From the NCBI GenBank assembly GCA_029210625.1, contig JARGFU010000007.1, positions 27,742 through 91,741 on the forward strand: a DNA stretch of 64,000 bases. Reading direction: 5' to 3'. The notes below the pieces were generated by a model. The model saw nothing but the letters and a program-made list of their open reading frames with translations, searched no databases and was not told where the DNA came from. This stretch comes from Deltaproteobacteria bacterium (GTDB lineage: Bacteria > Myxococcota > Myxococcia > SLRQ01). Positions 1 to 8,192 of this stretch are shown here, one piece after another. The translations under genes and the position numbers were made by a program. Each line of letters opens with the position of its first letter. The first letter of the stretch is position 1.

Positions 1-1950
1 GAGCTCGGGCCAGAGGGCGAAGGCCTCCTCCAGGCTGTCCACCAGGACGATGCCCGCCATGAGGTGATCGACGATCTCCTCGAAGCCCGGCTCGACCTTC
101 ACGGCCTCCCGGGCCGGGCCGATGATGCCGGGCTTGCCCAGCAGCGAGCTGGGATCCGCGTCGGTGTGGGGCCGCAGGTCGTCCATCGGGACGAAGCCGC
201 CGCGGCCGCCGGTGCGGTCCTTGAGGAAGTTGACCAGGGTCAGGCCGGCCTCGCGGGAGCGCACCAGGATGTGCTGTAGGCGGTCGCCGAGGGCGGCCTC
301 GAGGGCGACCTCGAACTCGGGCTGGGACTGGATGACGTCGGCCAGCAGCCCGGCGACGGCGTCCTCGGCCAGGCCCTCGGCCTCGTCGCGGTGGAGCATG
401 ACGGTCTGCACCGCCGGCTCGTAGCCCTCGTAGCTCTGCTGGATGGCGACGATGGACTCGTGCCGCGCCCGCTTGTCGGCGAGCACGTCCCGCAGGGAGC
501 CCAGCTCGGCCTCGAGGCTGGCGATCTTCCCCCGCACGAGGTCCAGCTCGACGCTGGTGGCCTGGCGCCGGTCCTCCAGCTGCAGCTGCAGCTGGCGGGT
601 GCCCTCGAGCTTCTCGCCCAGGGCGCTCTGGTGGACCTGCAGCTCCTCGATGCGGGCGCGAGAGGTCTCGCGCTCCTCGCGGGCCCGCTCCTGCCGGGCC
701 TCGAGGTCCGCGCGCTGCTTGGCCAGGCCCTCGAGGTGGGTCTTGCCCTGGGAGAGGAGGCGGACGGCCTCGAGGGCGGCGGTCCGCTGGGTCTCCAGCC
801 GCTCGGTCAGCCCGGCCAGCTCCTCCCGGTGACGGGTGGTCTGCTGCTGCCGGCCGTCGAGGACCTCCTTGTCGGCGGTGAGGACGGCCTCGAGCTCGCC
901 CCGCTCGGCGGCCAGCTCCTCGAGCTTGGCCTTCAGCTCGGTGAGGCGCTCCTCGAGGTGGGCGATCTCCTCGCGGCTCTCCACCGCGCGGGTGCCCAGG
1001 CTCTCCTTCTCGCGCTCGAGGTTCTGGAGCCGCTCCTCGTGGAGGCGGACGTCACCCTCGGCGCGGGCGGCCTGCTCCTGCAGGGCCGCGAGGCGGGCCT
1101 CGTCCGCGGTCATGGCCTCGCGGGCCTCGGCGAGGGCAGCCTGGGAGGTGTGGATCTGCTCGGCGTCGTCGTCCAGGTGGAGGTGGGCGGTCTGCTCCTG
1201 CAGGCGCAGGGCCTCGCGCTCCGCGCGGACCTCCAGCCAGCGGTGGGAGGTGAGGTGCACCTCGATGTCGCGCAGCTCGGCCTTGTAGGCCTTGTAGCGC
1301 TCGGCCTTCTTGGCCTGACGGTTCAGGCTGTTGAGCCGGCTGCCCAGCTCGGCGACGAGGTCGCCGACCCGCAGCAGGTTCTGCTGGGTGGCCTCCATCT
1401 TCCGCTCGGCGGCCTTGCGCTTGGCCTTGAAGCGGGTGATGCCGGCGGCCTCCTCGATGATGGCGCGGCGGTCGTCGGGCTTCGCCGAGACGATGAGGCC
1501 GATGCGGCCCTGCTCGATGATCGAGTAGGCCTTGGTGCCCATGCCGGTGCCGAGGAAGAGCTCGGTGATGTCGAGGAGCCGGCAGGGCTGCTTGTTGATC
1601 AGGTACTCGGACTCGCCGGTGCGGAAGAGGCGCCGGGTGATGGCGATCTCCGCGAAGCTCCGGTAGCGGGTGGGGACCTCTTCGGGGGTGTCGTTCTTGA
1701 AGGTGAGGGTGACCTCGGCCATGCCCGCCGGGGGCCGGGCCTGGGAGCCGTTGAAGATGACGTCGGCCATGTTGCCGCCGCGCAGGTGCTTGGCGCTCTG
1801 CTCACCGAGGACCCACCGGATGGCGTCCACGATGTTGGACTTCCCGCAGCCGTTGGGGCCGACGACCCCGGTGACCCCGTCGTCGAAGCGCAGGACGGTC
1901 CGGTCCATGAAGGACTTGAAGCCGATGATCTCGAGGCGCTTTAGCCGCAT
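1..1950 (-). CDS. smc: Chromosome segregation protein SMC, 5' part (runs off the window start)
   Basis: Not in the ORF track. The reverse complement from ATG at 1950 reads MRLKRLEIIGFKSFMDRTVLRFDDGVTGVVGPNGCGKSNIVDAIRWVLGEQSAKHLRGG (SMC Walker A), then a long coiled coil. Confidence 0.96.
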   Translation of the reverse strand, partial: MRLKRLEIIGFKSFMDRTVLRFDDGVTGVVGPNGCGKSNIVDAIRWVLGEQSAKHLRGGNMADVIFNGSQARPPAGMAEVTLTFKNDTPEEVPTRYRSFAEIAITRRLFRTGESEYLINKQPCRLLDITELFLGTGMGTKAYSIIEQGRIGLIVSAKPDDRRAIIEEAAGITRFKAKRKAAERKMEATQQNLLRVGDLVAELGSRLNSLNRQAKKAERYKAYKAELRDIEVHLTSHRWLEVRAEREALRLQEQTAHLHLDDDAEQIHTSQAALAEAREAMTADEARLAALQEQAARAEGDVRLHEERLQNLEREKESLGTRAVESREEIAHLEERLTELKAKLEELAAERGELEAVLTADKEVLDGRQQQTTRHREELAGLTERLETQRTAALEAVRLLSQGKTHLEGLAKQRADLEARQERAREERETSRARIEELQVHQSALGEKLEGTRQLQLQLEDRRQATSVELDLVRGKIASLEAELGSLRDVLADKRARHESIVAIQQSYEGYEPAVQTVMLHRDEAEGLAEDAVAGLLADVIQSQPEFEVALEAALGDRLQHILVRSREAGLTLVNFLKDRTGGRGGFVPMDDLRPHTDADPSSLLGKPGIIGPAREAVKVEPGFEEIVDHLMAGIVLVDSLEEAFALWPEL

Positions 1951-2105
1951 TCGCAGGTATCTCCGCTGGTCCCTACTGCCGCCGGACCCCCGGGGGAGCC
2001 CCGGTGACCGACAAAAATAGCTTCTCCGAGCCGGATCCGTGAAAGGCGCAACACTTTTGGTCCGGGTCTTCCGCATCGAGGTGCGGTAAAAAACGGAACC
2101 TATTC

Positions 2106-2124
2106 GATCAGGTCGGACCTGATC
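2106..2124. promoter_or_regulatory. Perfect 19-bp palindrome, putative operator in the divergent smc/MATE intergenic region
   Basis: GATCAGGTC-G-GACCTGATC, 24 bp upstream of the MATE ATG. Confidence 0.45.
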
Positions 2125-2148
2125 CATCGAAAAGTGACGTGACCCTAC

Positions 2149-3543
2149 ATGACAATACCTGCCAGATCCGGGCCTGAGAAGGCCGGGCGGCCCCGGCTGC
2201 GTTCGCTAAGGCGCGAGATTCGCGAGACTCTCGCGCTCTCGGCGCCGGTGGCGGCCACCCAGCTCGGGATGATGGCCATGGGGCTGGTGGACATCGTCAT
2301 GGTGGGGCCCCTGGGCACCGAGTCCCTGGCGGCGGTCAGCGTGGGCAACTCGGTCTTCTTCGCCCTGCTCATCCTCTGCCTGGGCGTGGTGCAGGCCCTC
2401 GATCCCCTGGTGGCCCAGGCCGTCGGGGCGAGGGACCGGGAGGCCGCCGGCCGCCACCTCTGGCAGGGGGCCTGGCTGGCCGTCTTCCTGGGCATCCCCC
2501 TGACCCTGCTCTTCATCGACTGCACCTGGATGTTCCGGCTGCTGGCCCAGGAGGAGGCGGTGAGCGTGCTGGCCGGCGACTACCTGGCCGGCCGGGCCTA
2601 CTCCATCCTCCCCTTCCTGGTCTTCGCCGCCGGGCGCAGCTTCCTCAACGGCCTGGGGGACACCCGGCCGGTGATGTGGGTCGCCCTGGGGGCCAACGCG
2701 GTGAACGCCGCGGCCGACTGGGTGCTGATCTACGGCAACCTCGGCGCGCCCCGCCTGGGGGTGATGGGCGCCGGATTGGCGACCTCGATCGTCCGGGTCT
2801 GCATGCTCGCCGCGGTCTTCGTCCTCCTCGCCCGGCCCCACTACGCCGCCCTCCGGGGCCGGCCGGCCTGGCCCCACCTCGGGCACCTGCGGCGGATCGC
2901 CAACGTGGGGCTGCCCATCGGCGGCCAGCTCTTCCTGGAGGTCGGCCTCTTCGCCACCATGAGCATCTTCTCGGGCTGGCTGGGGGCCCGGGCCCAGGCC
3001 GCCCACCAGATCGCCCTCTCCCTGGCCTCCTTCTCCTTCATGGCCCCCCTGGGGCTCTCGATGGGGGCGACCGTGCGGGTGGGGCACGCGGTGGGGGCCG
3101 GCCGCCTCGACGCCGCCGAGCGGGCCGGGAAGGTCGCCATCGCGCTGGGCGCGGCGATCATGGGGACCGGGGCCGTCTTCTTCCTGCTCTTCCCCCGGGC
3201 CCTCTCCTCGATCTTCTCCCCCGAGCCCGAGGTGCTGGCGACCTCGGCGGTGCTGGTGGCCATCGCCGGCATCTTCCAGGTCTCGGACGGGGTGCAGGTG
3301 GTGGCCACCGGCTGCCTGCGGGGGGCGGGCGACACCCGCACCCCCTTCTGGGCCAACGCCCTCTCCCACTGGGCGCTGGGGGTCCCCCTGGCCTGGCTGC
3401 TGGCCTTCCCCGGCGAGATGGGGGTGCGCGGGCTCTGGTGGGGGATCACCGCCTCCCTCACCGGGGTGGCGGTGGTGGAGACCATCCTCTTTCTCAGGGG
3501 GGGATGGCGGAGCCTGGCCCGCCTCGAGGCCGGCCCGAGTTGA
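2149..3543 (+). CDS. MATE family efflux transporter (NorM-like)
   Basis: About 12 TM segments; VDIVMVGPLG, LIYGNLGAPRLGVMGAGLATS and FQVSDGVQVVATGCLRGAGDT motifs. Confidence 0.93.
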   Translation: MTIPARSGPEKAGRPRLRSLRREIRETLALSAPVAATQLGMMAMGLVDIVMVGPLGTESLAAVSVGNSVFFALLILCLGVVQALDPLVAQAVGARDREAAGRHLWQGAWLAVFLGIPLTLLFIDCTWMFRLLAQEEAVSVLAGDYLAGRAYSILPFLVFAAGRSFLNGLGDTRPVMWVALGANAVNAAADWVLIYGNLGAPRLGVMGAGLATSIVRVCMLAAVFVLLARPHYAALRGRPAWPHLGHLRRIANVGLPIGGQLFLEVGLFATMSIFSGWLGARAQAAHQIALSLASFSFMAPLGLSMGATVRVGHAVGAGRLDAAERAGKVAIALGAAIMGTGAVFFLLFPRALSSIFSPEPEVLATSAVLVAIAGIFQVSDGVQVVATGCLRGAGDTRTPFWANALSHWALGVPLAWLLAFPGEMGVRGLWWGITASLTGVAVVETILFLRGGWRSLARLEAGPS

Positions 3544-3574
3544 CGCGGGGCGGCGTGGGGTCCTAGCTAGCTCC

Positions 3575-4147
3575 ATGGCAGCTCCCCTCTGGATCTCCGT
3601 CGACATCGAGTCCACCGGGCCCGCGCCCGGCGTCTTCTCGATGATCTCCTTGGGCGCCTGGGTGGTGGGCAAGGACCGCCAGCAGGAGGGGACGACCTTC
3701 TATGCCGAGCTCGAGCCCATCTCCGAGAAGTACCAGGAGGCGGCGCTGAAGGTGGCCGCGCCGGGCAAGACCCACGCCCAGCTCTACACCGACGGAGAGG
3801 ATCCCCAGATGGTGATGATCCGCTTCGTGGACTGGGTGAAGGATCAGGCGAGGCGCTACGGCGGCAGCCCCACCTTCGTCGCCCACAACGCGCCCTTCGA
3901 CTGGATGTTCGTCACCTGGTACCTCTGGCGCTACGTCGAGGAGAACCCCTTCGGCTGGGCGGCCGTGGACACCCGGGCCCTCTTCTTCGGGATGAGCGAC
4001 GCGGGCTGGAGCAAGACCCGCCTCGAGCAGATCAAACAGCGCTTCCCCCTCGACCGGATGCACAAGCACCACGCCCTCGAGGACGCGATCGAGCAGGGCG
4101 AGCTCTTCCTGAAGCTCCTCGAGGCCCGCCGGCCGCTGCCCGGCTAG
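3575..4147 (+). CDS. DEDDh 3'-5' exonuclease (RNase AS/Rv2179c-like)
   Basis: VDIEST ... HNAPFDW ... HHALEDA catalytic motifs. Confidence 0.85.
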   Translation: MAAPLWISVDIESTGPAPGVFSMISLGAWVVGKDRQQEGTTFYAELEPISEKYQEAALKVAAPGKTHAQLYTDGEDPQMVMIRFVDWVKDQARRYGGSPTFVAHNAPFDWMFVTWYLWRYVEENPFGWAAVDTRALFFGMSDAGWSKTRLEQIKQRFPLDRMHKHHALEDAIEQGELFLKLLEARRPLPG

Positions 4148-4267
4148 GCACGGGGCCGGGGAGCGGCAAGGTGGGGCAGGGGTGGGGGATGCACCCGCTC
4201 TTTCGGCTTCCGTGCCGATTGGGTAGCTTCGCGCCTCCCATAGAACCCCCACCTCCGGAGAGGCGCC

Positions 4268-4945
4268 ATGCTCCCACGCGCGATTTCTCTTCTCGTCCTC
4301 CTTCCCTTCCTCCTCCTCCCCGCCTGCCAGACCACGGTCAGCACCCCGGCCGGCGGTGGCGGCGGCGACGCCGTCGCGAAGAAGGCACACGACTGCAGCC
4401 AGCACGCCGAGGGCGAGGAGGGCTGCGGGGGTGACTGCGGCGCCAAGGCCGAGGCCAAGGAGGGCGAGGGCCACGACTGCAGCGCCGGCGCCGGAAACAA
4501 GATCGAGCACCCCGATGTCGAGAAGGAGGTCGTCGACGGGACGACCGTGCTGAAGGCCGGCGTCCCGCTGGGCAGCACCGCCGGCGCCACGGAGGTCACC
4601 GTCCAGGCCCTCCTCGACGAGCCCGAGAAGTTCGCGGGCAAGGTGGTGAAGGTCACCGGTGACGTCTCGGCGATGTGCCACCACAAGCGGGGCTGGTTCG
4701 CCCTGGTGGCGCCGGACAAGAGCGGCCGCAACCTCCGCGTGCTCACCGCCCCGAGCTTCCTGGTCCCCGAGGGTGTCATCGGCATGAACGCTTCCACCGA
4801 GGGCGTGGTCGAGCTGATCGAGATCCCCGAGGAGGCGGCCCGCCACTACGCCAAGGAGCACAAGCTCGGCGATCCGATGGAGATCGTCGGCCCGCAGAAG
4901 CAGGCCGTGATCCGCGCCGCCGGCGCCGCCTTCCGCCAGGCCTGA
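4268..4945 (+). CDS. Lipoprotein with His/Cys-rich N-terminus and DUF4920-like OB domain
   Basis: Lipobox LLPAC; HDCS twice; VKVTGDVSAMCHHKRGW. Confidence 0.7.
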   Translation: MLPRAISLLVLLPFLLLPACQTTVSTPAGGGGGDAVAKKAHDCSQHAEGEEGCGGDCGAKAEAKEGEGHDCSAGAGNKIEHPDVEKEVVDGTTVLKAGVPLGSTAGATEVTVQALLDEPEKFAGKVVKVTGDVSAMCHHKRGWFALVAPDKSGRNLRVLTAPSFLVPEGVIGMNASTEGVVELIEIPEEAARHYAKEHKLGDPMEIVGPQKQAVIRAAGAAFRQA

Positions 4946-4959
4946 TCCCGCCCGCCTCG

Positions 4960-5598
4960 ATGTCCGACGCCAAGGCGAAGCGCCGGCCCGGCAAGGGCTG
5001 GCGACGGTGGCTCTACGACCTGCACCGCGACGCGGGCTTCCTCGTCGCGGGGCTGGTCTTCGTCTACGTGGTCAGCGGCATCGCCGTGAACCACCGCGAG
5101 CACTGGGACTTCAACTCGGTCATCGAGGAGAGGACCGAGCCCCTGGCCTCCCCGGCCGAGCTCCTGGGGCTGGCAGACGATCCCCGCGAGCCGGGCGTGC
5201 TTGCCCGGGACGAGGAGGCGGCCCTGGTCGCCGCGATCGGGAAGCGGCTGCGCCGCAGCCAGGTCCCCTTCAAACAGATGTGGCGCGGGCCGGACCGGCT
5301 CTCCCTCCTCTACGGCGTGGGCGGGAAGGACGTCGTCGACTACTTCCCCTCCACCGGAGAGGTCGAGCACCAGAAGCGCAGGGACCGCTTCCTCTTCCGG
5401 GCCTTGAACTACCTCCACCTCAACGAGGGGCGGGGCGCGTGGACCTGGCTGGCCGACGTCTTCGCCCTGCTCCTCTTCTTCCTGGCCGCCTCGGGCCTGG
5501 TGATGGTGAAGGCGCGGCGGGGCTGGCGCAGCCGGGCGGGCGTGCTCCTGGCCCTGGGCATCGTGCTGCCCTTCGTGGCGCTGGCGTTGATGCGATGA
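4960..5598 (+). CDS. PepSY-associated TM helix membrane protein
   Basis: ATG 4960; WLYDLHRDAG...SGIAVNH and LNYLHLN...SGL motifs; 3 TM segments. Confidence 0.8.
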   Translation: MSDAKAKRRPGKGWRRWLYDLHRDAGFLVAGLVFVYVVSGIAVNHREHWDFNSVIEERTEPLASPAELLGLADDPREPGVLARDEEAALVAAIGKRLRRSQVPFKQMWRGPDRLSLLYGVGGKDVVDYFPSTGEVEHQKRRDRFLFRALNYLHLNEGRGAWTWLADVFALLLFFLAASGLVMVKARRGWRSRAGVLLALGIVLPFVALALMR

Positions 5599-5646
5599 GC
5601 GCGAGGGGCGTGGACAGAGGGCCAGGCCCCCAGCCTATGCTGGGGC

Positions 5647-6537
5647 GTGCCCAGCCCTCCCGAAGACCCTCCGAGCGCGGCCGGCGCCTCGCCGGTGGTC
5701 GCTGCCCTCTCCTTCGCCGCGATCCTCGGCATCGCGGTGGTCGACTGGTGGGTGACCCAGGGGCTCTCCTTCTCGATCTTCTACCTGGTCCCGGTCTCGC
5801 TCCTGGCCTGGCGCGGCTCACTCACCCTCGGCCTCGTCGGCGCCGTCGTCGCGAGCTTCTTCTGGTTCGTGGCCGACTACAACAGCACCGTCTACGTCCA
5901 CGCCTCGATCGGCGTCTGGAACGGCTTCGTCCGGCTCTCGATCTTCGTCGCCGCGGCGGTGGTCCTCGATCGGCACCGCAAGTCCCTCGGCCGGGAGCGG
6001 GCCCTGGCGCGCATCGACGGCCTGACCGGCTGCCGGACCTCCCGGGCCTTCTACGGCCACCTGGAGCTGGAGCTCGCCCGGAGCCAGCGCAGCGGCGAGC
6101 CCCTCACCGTCGCCTTCATCGACCTGGATCACTTCAAGAACGTGAACGATCGCCTGGGCCACCCGGCGGGGGACCGGGTGCTGGCCAGCGTCGGCGAGCG
6201 GCTGCGCGCGGAGGTGCGCCCCACCGACATCGTCGGGCGCCTCGGGGGCGACGAGTTCGGCCTCGTCCTGCCCGGCCTCGGCGAGGCGGCCGCGAAGGAT
6301 GCCCTCGGGCGGCTCCTGGCGGCGGTCACCACCGTCCTCGACGGGATCGACCCCCTCGCGGGGGAGGTGGGCGCCAGCTTCGGCGCGATCACCTGTCAGG
6401 CCCCCGACATCGAGGCCAGGGGTCTGCTGCAGGCCGCCGACGATCTGATGTACCGGGCCAAGCGCGCCGGAGGTGCTCGCCTGCACCTGGAGCTCTGGCC
6501 CCCGCCCCCCTCGCCCCCCTCCCTCCCCTCGCAGTGA
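5647..6537 (+). CDS. Membrane-bound diguanylate cyclase (GGDEF)
   Basis: 4 N-terminal TMs; DLDHFKNVND; RPTD I-site; intact GGDEF. Confidence 0.92.
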   Translation: MPSPPEDPPSAAGASPVVAALSFAAILGIAVVDWWVTQGLSFSIFYLVPVSLLAWRGSLTLGLVGAVVASFFWFVADYNSTVYVHASIGVWNGFVRLSIFVAAAVVLDRHRKSLGRERALARIDGLTGCRTSRAFYGHLELELARSQRSGEPLTVAFIDLDHFKNVNDRLGHPAGDRVLASVGERLRAEVRPTDIVGRLGGDEFGLVLPGLGEAAAKDALGRLLAAVTTVLDGIDPLAGEVGASFGAITCQAPDIEARGLLQAADDLMYRAKRAGGARLHLELWPPPPSPPSLPSQ

Positions 6538-6548
6538 GAGGTGAAGCC

Positions 6549-8183
6549 ATGCCCCGAGTGACACCCCAGACGCTCCCGGTCCCGGCCCTCCTGGCCGGTC
6601 TGCTCCTCCTCGCCCAGCCCGGCTGCCGCGCCGGCGACGACCTCTCCTTCGCCGAGGCGGGCCCGGTGGCGGGGGAGGCCGGGCGGGGCTCCTTCACCTT
6701 CGGCGCCGCCACGGCCGCCGCCCAGATCGAGGAGGGCAACGAGCACGCCGACTGGTGGGTCTTCACCCAGCCGGAGTCGGAAGGGGGCCTGGGCAAGGGC
6801 ACCTTCGTGGGGGACGCGGTGGAGGGGTACTCGCGGGCGCTCGAGGACCTCGCCCTGATCGAGGAGCTGGGCCTCGACGCCTATCGCTTCTCGATCAACT
6901 GGGCGCGCATCGAGCCGGAGCGCGACGTGATCGACGCGACGGCGGTGGCCCACTACGGAGAGGTGATCGACGGCCTGGTCGCCGCGGGGGTGAAGCCCAT
7001 GCTGACCGTCCACCACTTCTCCAGCCCGATCTGGGTGGACGACCCGCGGCAGAGCGCCTGCCCGGCGACGGAGACGGACACCAACCTCTGCGGCTGGGAC
7101 GGGCCCCACGTGGACGCCGTCATCGCCGAGCTGGCCGAGCTGGCGGGGATGCTCGCCGCCGAGTACGGCGACCGGGTCGACGAGTGGTGCACGGTCAACG
7201 AGCCGATCAATTACCTGATCGCGGCCTACGGCATCGGGCAGTTCCCGCCCGGGGGCAACCTGCTCCTCGGGGACATCGGCAACGGGAACCTCGAGGGGAC
7301 GACCCGGGTCATCAAGAACTACCTGCGGGCCCACGTCGCGATCTACGAGGCGATCGCCGCCAACGACACCATCGATGCCGATGGCGACGGCGTGGCCGCC
7401 AACATCGGCCTGACCCTCAACATCAACGAGTGGCAGCCCTGGGGGCCGGACGCCGACGATGTCATGGTCGTCTCCGAACACCCGGATGACGTCCGGGCCG
7501 CCGAGAACGTGGAGTACGTCTACCACCACGTCTTCGTCGACGCGCTGGTGCACGGCGAGTTCGACAACGATCTGGATCGGGTGCGCGAGGAGGCGCAGCC
7601 GGACTGGGAGGGGAAGATCGACTTCGTCGGCGTGCAGTACTACGCCCGCATCCCGGTGACCGGGGCGTCATCCATGCTGATCCCGAGGGTCGACGGAATG
7701 ATCTGCTTCGCCGGTCTCTCGGCCCTCGGAGGCTTCGGCGACGAGTGCCCCAGCGCCGGCGACGCGACCCACTGGGTTCCCGACATGCACTACGAGTACT
7801 GGGAGCCGGGCCTCTACAACATCCTGGCCGACTTCGGCTCCCGCTGGCCCGACCTGCCGATCACGGTGACCGAGTCGGGGCTGGCGACCCACACCGGCGC
7901 TCGCCGCGCCGAGCACGTCGTGCGCTCGCTGGAGCAGATCGCGCAGGCGCGCGACGAGGGCATCGACGTCCGCGGCTACTACCACTGGAGCCTGATGGAC
8001 AACTTCGAGTGGGCCGAGGGCTACGAGCCGCGCTTCGGCCTCTACACCGTCGATCGCTCGACCTTCGCGCGGACGCCCACCGAGGGCGCCACCCTCTACG
8101 CCCAGATCACCGCCGCGCGGGAGATCACGGGCGAGCAGCGGGAGACCTACGGCGGCCTCGGCCCCATGACGCCCGAGGAGTGA
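6549..8183 (+). CDS. Glycoside hydrolase family 1, exported (probable lipoprotein)
   Basis: ATG 6549; signal peptide ending QPGC; YRFSINWARI, TVNEP (acid/base), VTESG (nucleophile), WSLMDNFEW. Confidence 0.92.
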   Translation: MPRVTPQTLPVPALLAGLLLLAQPGCRAGDDLSFAEAGPVAGEAGRGSFTFGAATAAAQIEEGNEHADWWVFTQPESEGGLGKGTFVGDAVEGYSRALEDLALIEELGLDAYRFSINWARIEPERDVIDATAVAHYGEVIDGLVAAGVKPMLTVHHFSSPIWVDDPRQSACPATETDTNLCGWDGPHVDAVIAELAELAGMLAAEYGDRVDEWCTVNEPINYLIAAYGIGQFPPGGNLLLGDIGNGNLEGTTRVIKNYLRAHVAIYEAIAANDTIDADGDGVAANIGLTLNINEWQPWGPDADDVMVVSEHPDDVRAAENVEYVYHHVFVDALVHGEFDNDLDRVREEAQPDWEGKIDFVGVQYYARIPVTGASSMLIPRVDGMICFAGLSALGGFGDECPSAGDATHWVPDMHYEYWEPGLYNILADFGSRWPDLPITVTESGLATHTGARRAEHVVRSLEQIAQARDEGIDVRGYYHWSLMDNFEWAEGYEPRFGLYTVDRSTFARTPTEGATLYAQITAAREITGEQRETYGGLGPMTPEE

Positions 8184-8192
8184 GCCCGGGGC

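Noticed and set aside
391-1944. 517-aa + strand ORF and many similar long overlapping ORFs across the window
   Set aside because: Antisense or alternate-frame shadows of real genes (here smc), as expected at this GC content.
3563-3570. CTAGCTAG before the exonuclease start, a possible transposon footprint
   Set aside because: Only 8 bp with no other support.
5007-6548. Apparent 500-aa N-terminal extension of the GH1 (1058-aa ORF)
   Set aside because: R/P/G-rich alternate frame overlapping the PepSY-TM and GGDEF genes; the real start at 6549 has an SD and a signal peptide.
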